Assembly: GCF_003991155.1 (NCBI RefSeq)
Contig: NZ_CP031293.1
Length of the DNA stretch: 64,000 nt
Origin: Escherichia coli
GTDB lineage: Bacteria > Pseudomonadota > Gammaproteobacteria > Enterobacterales > Enterobacteriaceae
Reading direction: 5' to 3' (one strand)
The notes under the pieces: generated by a model
Database searches by the model: none
What the model was told of the DNA's origin: nothing
What the model saw: the letters and a program-made list of their open reading frames with translations, nothing else
Program-made: the position numbers and the translations under genes
Shown: in pieces, positions 9,061-18,518 of the stretch
Position numbering within the stretch: the first letter of the stretch is position 1
Layout of the letters: each line of letters begins with the position of its first letter

Positions 9061-11066
9061 AAAACATAACGCTGTGGCAGCGTTTAAGACAGGTCAGTAT
9101 CAGTACCAGCTTACGTTGCGCATTTCTGATGGGGGCACTACTGACCCTGATTGTCAGTAGTGTCAGTCTGTATTCATGGCATGAACAAAGCTCACAAATT
9201 CGTTACTCGCTGGATGAGTATTTTCCCCGTATTCACTCTGCTTTCCTTATTGAAGGGAACCTGAATCTGGTGGTAGACCAGCTAAATGAATTTTTGCAGG
9301 CTCCCAACACCACGGTGCGATTGCAACTTCGTACCCAGATTATTCAGCATCTCGACACCATAGAACGGCTTAGTCGGGGGCTGTCATCCCGGGAACGCCA
9401 ACAACTGACGGTCATTTTGCAGGACAGTCGATCACTGTTATCCGAGTTGGATCGTGCGCTTTACAACATGTTTTTACTACGGGAAAAGGTGAGTGAGCTA
9501 TCAGCGAGGATTGACTGGTTACACGATGATTTTACTACCGAGCTTAATTCTTTAGTGCAGGATTTCACCTGGCAGCAGGGAACGCTGCTGGATCAAATCG
9601 CCTCCCGACAGGGCGATACGGCGCAATACCTGAAGCGATCTCGTGAAGTGCAAAATGAACAGCAGCAGGTTTATACCCTGGCACGCATTGAAAATCAGAT
9701 TGTTGACGATCTGCGTGACAGACTCAATGAACTCAAATCAGGACGTGATGACGACACACAGGTGGAAACTCATCTCCGTTATTTTGAAAATCTGAAAAAA
9801 ACGGCAGATGAAAATATACGTATGCTGGATGACTGGCCTGGCACCATTACCCTGAGGCAGACTATCGATGAATTGCTGGATATGGGAATCGTAAAAAACA
9901 AAATGCCGGATACGATGCGTGAATATGTCGCCGCCCAAAAAGCCTTAGAGGATGCCAGTCGCACCAGGGAAGCGACACTGGGTCTCTTCAGAACGTTACT
10001 GGAAGCGCAGCTTGGCAGTACTCATCAACAAATGCAGATGTTTAATCAACGAATGGAACAAATTGTTCGCGTTAGCGGTGGGCTGATCCTAGTGGCGACA
10101 GCACTGGCGTTACTGCTGGCATGGGTATTCAACCATTATTTTATCCGCTCACGGTTGGTGAAACGCTTTACCCTACTGAATCAGGCCGTTGTGCAAATTG
10201 GTCTGGGAGGCACGGAAACGACTATTCCTGTTTATGGGAATGATGAACTGGGGAGAATTGCAGGATTATTACGCCATACTCTCGGGCAGCTCAATGTGCA
10301 AAAACAGCAACTTGAACAAGAAATTACCGATCGAAAGGTGATAGAAGCCGATCTGCGTGCCGCCCAGGACGAACTGATTCAGACAGCGAAGTTGGCGGTA
10401 GTCGGGCAAACGATGACCACGCTGGCCCACGAGATCAATCAGCCGCTAAATGCGCTGTCGATGTATCTGTTTACAGCCCGCAGGGCCATTGAACAGACCC
10501 AGATAGAACAGGCCTGCATGATGCTTGGTAAAGCCGAAGGGGTGATTAGTCGCATTGACGCCATTATCCGTTCACTACGGCAGTTTACCCGGCGCGCCGA
10601 ACTGGAAATATCACTCCATGCCATTGATTTAGCAAAGATGTTCAGTGCGGCCTGGGAACTTCTGGCCATGCGTCATCGCCCTTTGCAAGCTACGCTTGTT
10701 CTGCCACAAGGTACAGCCACAGTTTCAGGCGATGAGGTCAGAACCCAGCAGGTACTGGTTAACGTACTGGCGAATGCGCTTGATGTTTGTGGGCAAGGCG
10801 CTGTCATTACCGTTAACTGGCAAATGCAGGGTAAAACGCTGAACGTATTCATTGGCGATAATGGCCCGGGCTGGCCTGAGGCATTGTTGCCTTCGTTATT
10901 GAAGCCGTTTACCACCAGTAAAGAAATAGGACTGGGTATTGGTCTTTCAATTTGTGTGTCGTTAATGGAGCAAATGAAAGGGGAATTACGGCTGGCATCA
11001 ACGATGACCAGGAATGCCTGTGTGGTACTGCAATTCAGACTAACGGATGTGGAAGATGCTAAGTAG
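9057..11066 (+). CDS. pgtB: PgtB sensor histidine kinase
   Basis: 669-aa ORF with N-terminal TM/sensor region, H-box (LAHEINQPLNAL) and ATPase G-boxes (GDNGPGW, GLGIGLS); 4-bp overlap with pgtC. Confidence 0.85.
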   Translation: MKNITLWQRLRQVSISTSLRCAFLMGALLTLIVSSVSLYSWHEQSSQIRYSLDEYFPRIHSAFLIEGNLNLVVDQLNEFLQAPNTTVRLQLRTQIIQHLDTIERLSRGLSSRERQQLTVILQDSRSLLSELDRALYNMFLLREKVSELSARIDWLHDDFTTELNSLVQDFTWQQGTLLDQIASRQGDTAQYLKRSREVQNEQQQVYTLARIENQIVDDLRDRLNELKSGRDDDTQVETHLRYFENLKKTADENIRMLDDWPGTITLRQTIDELLDMGIVKNKMPDTMREYVAAQKALEDASRTREATLGLFRTLLEAQLGSTHQQMQMFNQRMEQIVRVSGGLILVATALALLLAWVFNHYFIRSRLVKRFTLLNQAVVQIGLGGTETTIPVYGNDELGRIAGLLRHTLGQLNVQKQQLEQEITDRKVIEADLRAAQDELIQTAKLAVVGQTMTTLAHEINQPLNALSMYLFTARRAIEQTQIEQACMMLGKAEGVISRIDAIIRSLRQFTRRAELEISLHAIDLAKMFSAAWELLAMRHRPLQATLVLPQGTATVSGDEVRTQQVLVNVLANALDVCGQGAVITVNWQMQGKTLNVFIGDNGPGWPEALLPSLLKPFTTSKEIGLGIGLSICVSLMEQMKGELRLASTMTRNACVVLQFRLTDVEDAK

Positions 11067-12303
11067 TGAATATTCGATTCTGCTGATTGATGATGATGCA
11101 GATGTGCTGGACGCCTACACACAGTTACTTGAACAGTCAGGCTATCGGGTTTTTGCCTGTAACAATCCTTTTGAGGCGCAGGCGTGGATACAACCAGACT
11201 GGCCAGGCATTGTGCTAAGTGATGTGTGTATGCCTGGCTGCTCTGGTATCGATTTGATGATGTTATTCCACCAGGATGATCAACAGATCCCCATTCTGCT
11301 TATCACCGGGCACGGCGACGTGCCAATGGCAGTTGATGCGGTAAAAAAAGGCGCGTGGGATTTTTTGCAAAAACCGGTTGATCCCGGCAAATTGCTTTCT
11401 CTGGTTGAAGAGGCGCTACGCCAGCGTCAATCAATCATTGCGCGTCGTCAGTATTGCCAACAGACATTGCAGGTGGAGTTGATAGGGAGAAGTGAATGGA
11501 TAAATCAGTATCGGCGACGTTTACAGCAGTTGTCTGAGACAGATATTGCCGTCTGGCTCTACGGTGCCCCTGGCACAGGACGGATGACCGGTGCACGTTA
11601 TCTGCACCAATTTGGACGTAATGCACAAGGCGAATTTGTCTACCGCGAGCTGACACCAGACAATGCACCACAGCTTAATGATTTCATTGCGCTGGCTCAG
11701 GGGGGAACATTAGTGCTCAGCCATCCTGAACACCTGACGCGTGAACAGCAGTACCATCTGGTTCAGTTACAAAGCCAGGAACACAGACCTTTTCGCCTGA
11801 TTGGTATTGGAGACACCTCGCTGGTCGAGCTGGCCGCCAGCAACCATATCATCGCGGAGCTCTATTACTGCTTTGCAATGACACAAATCGCTTGCCTGCC
11901 ATTAACTCAACGCCCCGACGATATTGAACCACTGTTTCGCCACTACCTTTGTAAGGCATGTCAACGGCTTAACCATCCTGTTCCGGAAGTGGGAAAAGAG
12001 ATGCTCAAAGAGATGATGCGCCGCATGTGGCCAAATAATGTGCGAGAGCTGGCCAATGCAGCAGAACTGTTTACTGTAGGAATATTACCGCTGGCAGAAA
12101 CAGCAAACCCGTTGATGCACGTCGGAACCCCGGCACCGCTTGACAGGCGAGTGGAGGACGCTGAGCGACAGATAATCACAGAGGCGCTTAATATCCATCA
12201 GGGGCGTATCAATGAGGTTGCTGAATATTTACAAATCCCACGGAAAAAACTCTATCTCAGAATGAAAAAATACGGTCTTAGTAAGGAGCATTATAAAATT
12301 TAA
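11047..12303 (+). CDS. pgtA: PgtA, NtrC-family (sigma-54-dependent type) response regulator
   Basis: Receiver domain (LLIDDD...D), AAA+ central domain (GAPGTGR), C-terminal HTH; overlaps pgtB by 20 nt. Confidence 0.85.
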   Translation: MWKMLSSEYSILLIDDDADVLDAYTQLLEQSGYRVFACNNPFEAQAWIQPDWPGIVLSDVCMPGCSGIDLMMLFHQDDQQIPILLITGHGDVPMAVDAVKKGAWDFLQKPVDPGKLLSLVEEALRQRQSIIARRQYCQQTLQVELIGRSEWINQYRRRLQQLSETDIAVWLYGAPGTGRMTGARYLHQFGRNAQGEFVYRELTPDNAPQLNDFIALAQGGTLVLSHPEHLTREQQYHLVQLQSQEHRPFRLIGIGDTSLVELAASNHIIAELYYCFAMTQIACLPLTQRPDDIEPLFRHYLCKACQRLNHPVPEVGKEMLKEMMRRMWPNNVRELANAAELFTVGILPLAETANPLMHVGTPAPLDRRVEDAERQIITEALNIHQGRINEVAEYLQIPRKKLYLRMKKYGLSKEHYKI

Positions 12304-12324
12304 CCATCAGACTTGTGAGCTTGT

Positions 12325-12552
12325 TCATAATGTTATGTCATTTGTGTGATTCATAGACATCGTTTCAATTTTCTCAGCAAGTTCAAAGTAGTGTTCCATC
12401 GGAGTTTTACCGTTGTGAGCGCTATGAGGACGTTCCCAGTTATAGTAATGCTGCCATTCTGCCAGCAGTTCCTTCAGGTCATCAGCAGAAAGATCTACGG
12501 TAGCGTAAAACTCAGCTTTGTTCACGATCACCAACATCGTAAATGGCTCCAC
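12325..12552 (-). pseudogene. Transposase C-terminal fragment (rve/integrase-core type, IS3-like)
   Basis: 75-aa ORF containing ...HYYNWERPHSAHNGKTPMEHY..., the conserved C-terminal motif of DDE integrase-core transposases; no N-terminal part. Confidence 0.55.
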
Positions 12553-12854
12553 CTCGATACCTGCCAGTTCATGAGATTAGTCGAATCCGATGTTCCCCGC
12601 GTTATGTGCCCGAAGCGTTGTTGCCAGCCCCTGCCTGTAGCATGGACTGGTCCGGCAGCCGGTACTCGCTGCTGTTCGAATTGTTCGTGCTCTCATGGCT
12701 AAAAATCAGCACCGTTGATGCCGTCAGGAAACAACTTAAAATTAGCTGGAATGCCGTTGACGGCATTATGACTCGTGTGGTTAAGCGCGGTCTGTCCCGG
12801 ATGAAAAAGCCTTTATTAGCACGTCATATGAATGTAGACGAAGTCGCCTTTAAA
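12543..12854 (+). pseudogene. Transposase N-terminal fragment (family uncertain) disrupted by the IS66-family insertion
   Basis: ORF 12543..12908 runs into the IS66 left inverted repeat; after removing the IS the frame ends ...DEVAFKKV*. Confidence 0.4.
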
Positions 12855-12907
12855 GTAAGCGCCTCATCTGAACCGTCTGGTCTGTTTCCTCCGGCTCCAC
12901 AAAAATA

Positions 12908-13585
12908 ATGTCCATCATTTTTAATGGACACTATCGTATGGAATACCGGACCTGGATCACCGAAGCTTTACGTCTTCACTTTGAAGAACATTTACCACGG
13001 ATTGTGGCCGGACGTCGCCTGGGCGTACCAAAATCAACAGTTTGTGGTATGTTCGTGCGCTTCCGCAAAGCTGGCCTTTCATGGCCTCTGCCCGCAGGTA
13101 TGTCGGAGCGGGAACTTGATGCCCGTCTTTACGGGAGTGCCTCCACAGTACCTGTCGTACTTACTGAAAACACCGTTATGTCCGAAGTCCCGGTGGTAAA
13201 AAAACGTCCCCGGCGGCCTAATTTTCCTTATGAGTTTAAAATCGCCTTAGTGGAGCAGTCACTGCAGCCCGGAGCCTGTGTGGCGCAGATCGCCCGTGAA
13301 AACGGAATCAACGATAACCTGCTCTTCAACTGGCGCCATCAATACCGGAAAGGTGGCCTGCTGCCTTCCGGAAAAAATATGCCTGCACTGCTTCCCGTGA
13401 CGTTAACGCCGGAGCCGGATAATAAAATCCCGGCTCCGGCACAGGAACCAGAGCAGATAAATACACCGTCCGACAGTCTGTGCTGTGAGCTGGTTCTGCC
13501 GGCCGGAACTCTCAGGCTGAAAGGTGAACTGACACCGGCGTTATTACAGACACTTATCCGCGAAATGAAAGGGAGCAGCCACTGA
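12908..13585 (+). CDS. tnpA: IS66-family accessory protein TnpA (ORF as tracked; true start may be internal)
   Basis: Contains ..FPYEFKIALVEQSLQPGACVAQIARENGINDNLLFNWRHQYRKGG.. typical of IS66 OrfA. Confidence 0.7.
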   Translation: MSIIFNGHYRMEYRTWITEALRLHFEEHLPRIVAGRRLGVPKSTVCGMFVRFRKAGLSWPLPAGMSERELDARLYGSASTVPVVLTENTVMSEVPVVKKRPRRPNFPYEFKIALVEQSLQPGACVAQIARENGINDNLLFNWRHQYRKGGLLPSGKNMPALLPVTLTPEPDNKIPAPAQEPEQINTPSDSLCCELVLPAGTLRLKGELTPALLQTLIREMKGSSH

Positions 13586-13932
13586 TGATATCTCTCCCTG
13601 CAGGTTCGCGTATCTGGCTGGTTGCCGGTATCACCGACATGCGAAATGGCTTTAACGGCCTGGCCTCAAAAGTTCAGAACGTCCTGAAGGATGACCCGTT
13701 CTCCGGACACCTGTTCATCTTCCGCGGACGCCGGGGTGACCAGATAAAAGTGTTGTGGGCTGACAGCGACGGACTGTGCCTCTTCACCAAACGCCTGGAG
13801 CGGGGCCGCTTCGTCTGGCCGGTCACCCGTGACGGCAAGGTGCACCTTACTCCGGCCCAGTTATCCATGCTTCTTGAGGGCATCGACTGGAAACATCCAA
13901 AACGAACGGAACGCACTGGCATCCGCATATAA
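13585..13932 (+). CDS. tnpB: IS66-family TnpB
   Basis: MISLPAGSRIWLVAGITDMRNGFNGLA... is the canonical IS66 OrfB start; ATGA overlap with tnpA. Confidence 0.85.
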   Translation: MISLPAGSRIWLVAGITDMRNGFNGLASKVQNVLKDDPFSGHLFIFRGRRGDQIKVLWADSDGLCLFTKRLERGRFVWPVTRDGKVHLTPAQLSMLLEGIDWKHPKRTERTGIRI

Positions 13933-13951
13933 CCCGTTGTAAAGTGAGGAT

Positions 13952-15523
13952 ATGGACACCTCACTTGCTCATGAGAACGCCCGCCTGCGGGCACTGTTGC
14001 AGGCGCAACAGGACACCATCCGCCAGATGGCCGAATACAATTGCCTGCTCTCACAGCGGGTGGCGGCTTATGCTTCTGAAATCAACCGGCTGAAGGCGCT
14101 GGTTGCAAAACTGCAGCGCATGCAGTTCGGTAAAAGCTCAGAAAAACTTCGCGCAAAAACCGAACGACAGATACAGGAAGCACAGGAGCGAATCAGCGCA
14201 CTTCAGGAAGAAATGGCGGAAACACTGGGTGAGCAATATGACCCGGCACTGCCATCTTCCCTGCGCCAGTCTTCAGCCCGTAAACCGTTACCGGCTGCAC
14301 TTCCCCGTGAATCCCGGGTTATCCGGCCGGAAGAGGAATGCTGCCCGGCTTGTGGTGGCGAACTCAGTTCTCTGGGATGTGATGTGTCAGAGCAACTGGA
14401 GCTTATCAGCAGCGCCTTTAAGGTTATCGAAACACAACGTCCGAAACTGGCCTGTTGCCGGTGCGACCATATCGTGCAGGCACCAGTACCTTCAAAACCC
14501 ATTGCACGCAGTTATGCCGGAGCGGGGCTTCTGGCTCATATCGTCACCGGGAAGTATGCAGACCATCTGCCGTTATACCGCCAGTCAGAAATATACCGTC
14601 GTCAGGGCGTGGAACTGAGCCGCGCCACGCTGGGGCGCTGGACCAGTGCCGTTGCTGAACTGCTGGAGCCGCTGTATGACGTGCTGCGCCAGTATGTGCT
14701 GATGCCCGGTAAAGTCCATGCGGATGATATCCCCGTTCCGGTCCAGGAGCCGGGCAGTGGTAAAACAAGAACTGCCCGGCTGTGGGTTTACGTCCGTGAT
14801 GACCGTAACGCCGGTTCACAGATGCCCCCGGCGGTCTGGTTCGCGTACAGCCCGGACCGGAAAGGTATCCATCCACAGAATCACCTGGCCGGTTACAGCG
14901 GTGTGCTTCAGGCCGATGCTTACGGTGGTTACCGGGCGTTATACGAATCCGGCAGAATAACGGAAGCCGCGTGTATGGCCCATGCCCGGAGAAAAATCCA
15001 CGATGTGCATGCAAGAGCGCCTACCGATATCACCACGGAAGCCCTGCAGCGTATCGGTGAACTGTATGCAATCGAGGCAGAGGTCCGGGGATGTTCAGCA
15101 GAACAGCGTCTGGCGGCAAGAAAAGCCAGAGCTGCGCCACTGATGCAGTCGTTGTACGACTGGATACAGACTCAGATGAAAACACTGTCGCGTCACTCGG
15201 ATACGGCAAAAGCGTTCGCATACCTGCTGAAACAGTGGGGTGGCCTGAACGTGTACTGCAGTAATGGCTGGGTGGAAATCGACAACAACATCGCAGAGAA
15301 CGCCTTACGGGGAGTAGCCGTAGGCCGGAAAAACTGGCTGTTCGCAGGTTCCGACAGCGGTGGTGAACATGCGGCGGTGTTGTACTCGCTGATCGGCACA
15401 TGTCGTCTGAACAATGTGGAGCTAGAAAAGTGGCTGCGCTACGTCATTGAGCATATCCAGGACTGGCCGGCAAACCGGGTACGCGATCTGTTGCCCTGGA
15501 AAGTTGATCTGAGCTCTCAGTAA
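13952..15523 (+). CDS. tnpC: IS66-family transposase TnpC
   Basis: 523-aa ORF with N-terminal leucine zipper, CxxC zinc ribbon (CPACGG) and DDE domain. Confidence 0.85.
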   Translation: MDTSLAHENARLRALLQAQQDTIRQMAEYNCLLSQRVAAYASEINRLKALVAKLQRMQFGKSSEKLRAKTERQIQEAQERISALQEEMAETLGEQYDPALPSSLRQSSARKPLPAALPRESRVIRPEEECCPACGGELSSLGCDVSEQLELISSAFKVIETQRPKLACCRCDHIVQAPVPSKPIARSYAGAGLLAHIVTGKYADHLPLYRQSEIYRRQGVELSRATLGRWTSAVAELLEPLYDVLRQYVLMPGKVHADDIPVPVQEPGSGKTRTARLWVYVRDDRNAGSQMPPAVWFAYSPDRKGIHPQNHLAGYSGVLQADAYGGYRALYESGRITEAACMAHARRKIHDVHARAPTDITTEALQRIGELYAIEAEVRGCSAEQRLAARKARAAPLMQSLYDWIQTQMKTLSRHSDTAKAFAYLLKQWGGLNVYCSNGWVEIDNNIAENALRGVAVGRKNWLFAGSDSGGEHAAVLYSLIGTCRLNNVELEKWLRYVIEHIQDWPANRVRDLLPWKVDLSSQ

Positions 15524-15873
15524 ATATCAATACGGTTCTGACGAGCCGCTTACCCTTTAAAAAGGTATAGGTATATAACAGTAATATCTGATCGTAACGG
15601 ACGGACGCTGGAATTAACCGATGACCGCAGCACAGAGAGTAGGGGATGCGGACGGTCAAAGATCGCGGCGTTGGATTTTATAAATCTGTCTCCAGTAGTA
15701 GATGAACTGAATACAAAGTTGCCAGAGAGTGGTCTGTCAGGCAGGGAATCAGAAACTGGATATTATTGACTGGTACATTGTGTCGGGCTGTGTACGTTCT
15801 CCCCGGACAGACAGTCTCAGTTCGTAGAATCTATAAATTACTGCTACTGATGCTGCCGGGGAAAGGCGTAACG

Positions 15874-15910
15874 AAAAAACAGCCTCCGTTACCGGACAGC
15901 AAGGAGGCTG
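15874..15910 (-). terminator. Intrinsic terminator-like hairpin (CAGCCTCC / GGAGGCTG stem followed by T6 on the minus strand), about 190 bp downstream of papI
   Basis: Inverted repeat and U-tract read from sequence. Confidence 0.4.
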
Positions 15911-16101
15911 AATGGAGTTTACAGGATTTGCTTTTTTATAATGTCTGGCCATGCAGTAAAACCGGACAGGTTTTATTATCATGTGAGGTATTCTGACATA
16001 AAATGCTGGATTTTTATTTTGTGACGAATGCTGCAAAATTGAATCTGCACTCTGATGTAACTTTTATCTGTTTCAGTGAAGCATGCCCACAAATTGAGTT
16101 A

Positions 16102-16335
16102 TTAAGTTGTGGAAGAACAGTTTTGTCCCGCCTGCATCTCTCCTTTCAAAAACCAGTATGTTGCCATGCCTCGCCTTAATGGAGAGCGCTGAACCACACC
16201 TTCTTTTTCCAGTAATAACAGGTAATAGCGTGCCTGATAATCCGTTACCGCCAGCGCCTCCGCAATTTCTGCGGTTTTCCCTCCATTATGCCTGTTCAGA
16301 AATTCCAGTATTTCATTCTTCATATATTCACTCAT
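16102..16335 (-). CDS. papI: PapI, pap phase-variation regulator
   Basis: 77-aa [65 protein letters not shown]... matches PapI; divergent from papB. Confidence 0.95.
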   Translation of the reverse strand: MSEYMKNEILEFLNRHNGGKTAEIAEALAVTDYQARYYLLLLEKEGVVQRSPLRRGMATYWFLKGEMQAGQNCSSTT

Positions 16336-16528
16336 CTCACTGTAACAAAGTTTCTTCGAATAATAAAAATCATGCTCTCTGTTATCAACGGAAAGGTATT
16401 TTTATTCTCTATGTTTGCTTTATTTGTGAAATTTAGTGAATTTGCTTTTTGTTGGCTTTATTTGATGTGTATCACATTTTGTGTGTTATTTTTCTGTGAA
16501 AAGAAAGTCCGTAAAAATGCATTTAGAC

Positions 16529-16634
16529 GATCTTTTATGCTGTAAATTCAATTCACCATGATGTTTTTATCTGAGTGTATTCTTGTTGTTGGTGTTTTAT
16601 TCTGGTTTGATTTTGTTTTGTGGGTTAAAAGATC
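16529..16634. promoter_or_regulatory. pap phase-variation switch: distal GATC (16529..16532) and proximal GATC (16631..16634), 102 bp apart, in the papI/papB intergenic region
   Basis: Two GATC sites in the expected contexts (GACGATCTTTTA and AAAGATCGTTTA) at the canonical spacing. Confidence 0.85.
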
Positions 16635-16739
16635 GTTTAAATCAATATTTACAACATAAAAAACTAAATTTAACTTATTGCGTGAAGAGTATTTCAGGGC
16701 CGGAAGCATATATCCAGGGGCCCGACAGAAGGGGGAAAC

Positions 16740-17054
16740 ATGGCGCATCATGAAGTCATCAGTCGGTCAGGAAATGCGTTTTTGCTGAATATACGCGAGA
16801 GCGTACTGTTGCCCGGCTCTATGTCTGAAATGCATTTTTTTTTACTGATAGGTATTTCTTCTATTCACAGTGACAGGGTCATTCTGGCTATGAAGGACTA
16901 TCTGGTAGGTGGGCACTCCCGTAAGGAGGTCTGCGAGAAATACCAGATGAATAATGGGTATTTCAGTACAACACTGGGGAGACTTATACGGCTGAATGCT
17001 CTTGCAGCAAGGCTTGCACCTTATTATACAGATGAGTCGTCGGCATTTGACTAA
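16740..17054 (+). CDS. papB: PapB transcriptional regulator
   Basis: 104-aa ORF MAHHEVISRSGNAFLLNIRESVLLPGS... matches PapB. Confidence 0.95.
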   Translation: MAHHEVISRSGNAFLLNIRESVLLPGSMSEMHFFLLIGISSIHSDRVILAMKDYLVGGHSRKEVCEKYQMNNGYFSTTLGRLIRLNALAARLAPYYTDESSAFD

Positions 17055-17261
17055 ATTATGGCATTCCGGAGTTTCTGGAAGATAAAAAAAGAAGTCCTTA
17101 TCAGAAAGCAGACAGGTTATATCAGTATTCTGTCGATAAATAACCTGCCCTGAAAATACGAGAATATTATTTGTATTGATCTGGTTATTAAAGGTAATCG
17201 GGTCATTTTAAATTGCCAGATATCTCTGGTGTGTTCAGTAATGAAAAAGAGGTTGTTATTT

Positions 17262-17810
17262 ATGATTAAGTCGGTTATTGCCGGTGCGGTAGCTATGGCA
17301 GTGGTGTCTTTTGGTGTAAATGCTGCTCCAACTACTCCACAGGGGCAGGGTAGAGTAACCTTTAACGGAACTGTTGTTGATGCTCCATGCAGCATTTCTC
17401 AGAAATCAGCTGATCAGTCTATTGATTTTGGACAGCTTTCAAAAAGCTTCCTTGAGGCAGGAGGTACATCCAAGCCAATGGATTTAGATATTGAGTTAGT
17501 AAATTGCGATATTACAGCTTTTAAACAAGGTCAACCAGCTAAAAACGGTAAGGTTCAATTATCTTTTACTGGGCCACAAGTAACGGGGCAGACTGAAGAA
17601 TTAGCAACTAACGGCGGTACGGGCACAGCTATTGTAGTTCAGGCTGCAGGCAAAAACGTTTCTTTCGATGGGACTGCAGGTGACGCTTATCCCCTGAAAG
17701 ATGGTGATAATGTTCTTCATTATACAGCTCTTGTGAAAAAAGCGAATGGCGGTACTGTTTCTGAAGGTGCTTTTTCTGCAGTTGCAACCTTTAATTTAAG
17801 TTACCAGTAA
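17262..17810 (+). CDS. papA: PapA major P-pilus subunit
   Basis: Start at MIKSVIAGAVAMAVVSFGVNA (signal peptide); pilin C-terminal motif; ORF track start 17229 is probably an upstream in-frame Met. Confidence 0.9.
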   Translation: MIKSVIAGAVAMAVVSFGVNAAPTTPQGQGRVTFNGTVVDAPCSISQKSADQSIDFGQLSKSFLEAGGTSKPMDLDIELVNCDITAFKQGQPAKNGKVQLSFTGPQVTGQTEELATNGGTGTAIVVQAAGKNVSFDGTAGDAYPLKDGDNVLHYTALVKKANGGTVSEGAFSAVATFNLSYQ

Positions 17811-17872
17811 TTCATCTGATTTTTACAGGGTGAGGCAAGACCCACCCTGTGTCTGACAACGACATTTAAGGT

Positions 17873-18460
17873 ATGAAGAATTTTTGTGTTCTGTTTGTGA
17901 TGTATTTCTGGAGTACATTACTTCATGCTGTATCTTCAGAGCCATTTCCTCCGCCCGGCATGTCCCTTCCTGAATACTGGGGAGAAGAACACGTATGGTG
18001 GGATGGCAGGGCTACTTTTCATGGTGAGGTTGTCAGACCTGCCTGTACTCTGGCGATGGAAGACGCCTGGCAGATTATTGATATGGGGGAAACCCCGGTA
18101 CGGGATTTACAGAATGGTTTCTCCGGACCTGAAAGAAAATTCAGCCTCCGGCTCAGGAATTGTGAATTTAACAGTCAGGGTGGGAACCTTTTCTCTGATT
18201 CCCGGATAAGGGTGACTTTCGATGGCGTCCGGGGTGAAACGCCGGATAAGTTTAATTTATCCGGTCAGGCAAAAGGAATTAATCTGCAGATAGCTGATGC
18301 CAGGGGAAATATTGCCCGGGCAGGGAAAGTAATGCCTGCAATACCATTGACGGGTAATGAAGAAGCGCTGGATTACACCCTCAGAATTGTGAGAAACGGA
18401 AAAAAACTTGAAGCCGGAAATTATTTTGCTGTGCTGGGATTCCGGGTCGATTATGAGTGA
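17873..18460 (+). CDS. papH: PapH pilus terminator/anchor subunit
   Basis: 195-aa ORF matching PapH (..PFPPPGMSLPEYWGEEHVWWDGRA..). Confidence 0.9.
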   Translation: MKNFCVLFVMYFWSTLLHAVSSEPFPPPGMSLPEYWGEEHVWWDGRATFHGEVVRPACTLAMEDAWQIIDMGETPVRDLQNGFSGPERKFSLRLRNCEFNSQGGNLFSDSRIRVTFDGVRGETPDKFNLSGQAKGINLQIADARGNIARAGKVMPAIPLTGNEEALDYTLRIVRNGKKLEAGNYFAVLGFRVDYE

Positions 18461-18518
18461 GTCACTCCGGTGAGATGTCCGGTTATTTATCTTTTTTGTG
18501 AATCTGGTGATGCGTGGA

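Larger units (their letters stand above)
12855..15553 (+). mobile_element. IS66-family insertion sequence (2699 bp) with imperfect terminal inverted repeats and 8-bp target-site duplication CCTTTAAA
   Basis: Left IR GTAAGCGCCTCATCTGAACCGT..., right end reverse complement GTAAGCGGCTCGTCAGAACCGT...; CCTTTAAA at 12847..12854 and 15554..15561; three transposition ORFs inside. Confidence 0.85.

Noticed and set aside
14103-15401. Several 70-170-aa ORFs in alternative frames
   Set aside because: All lie inside the IS66 tnpC coding region in other frames or antisense.
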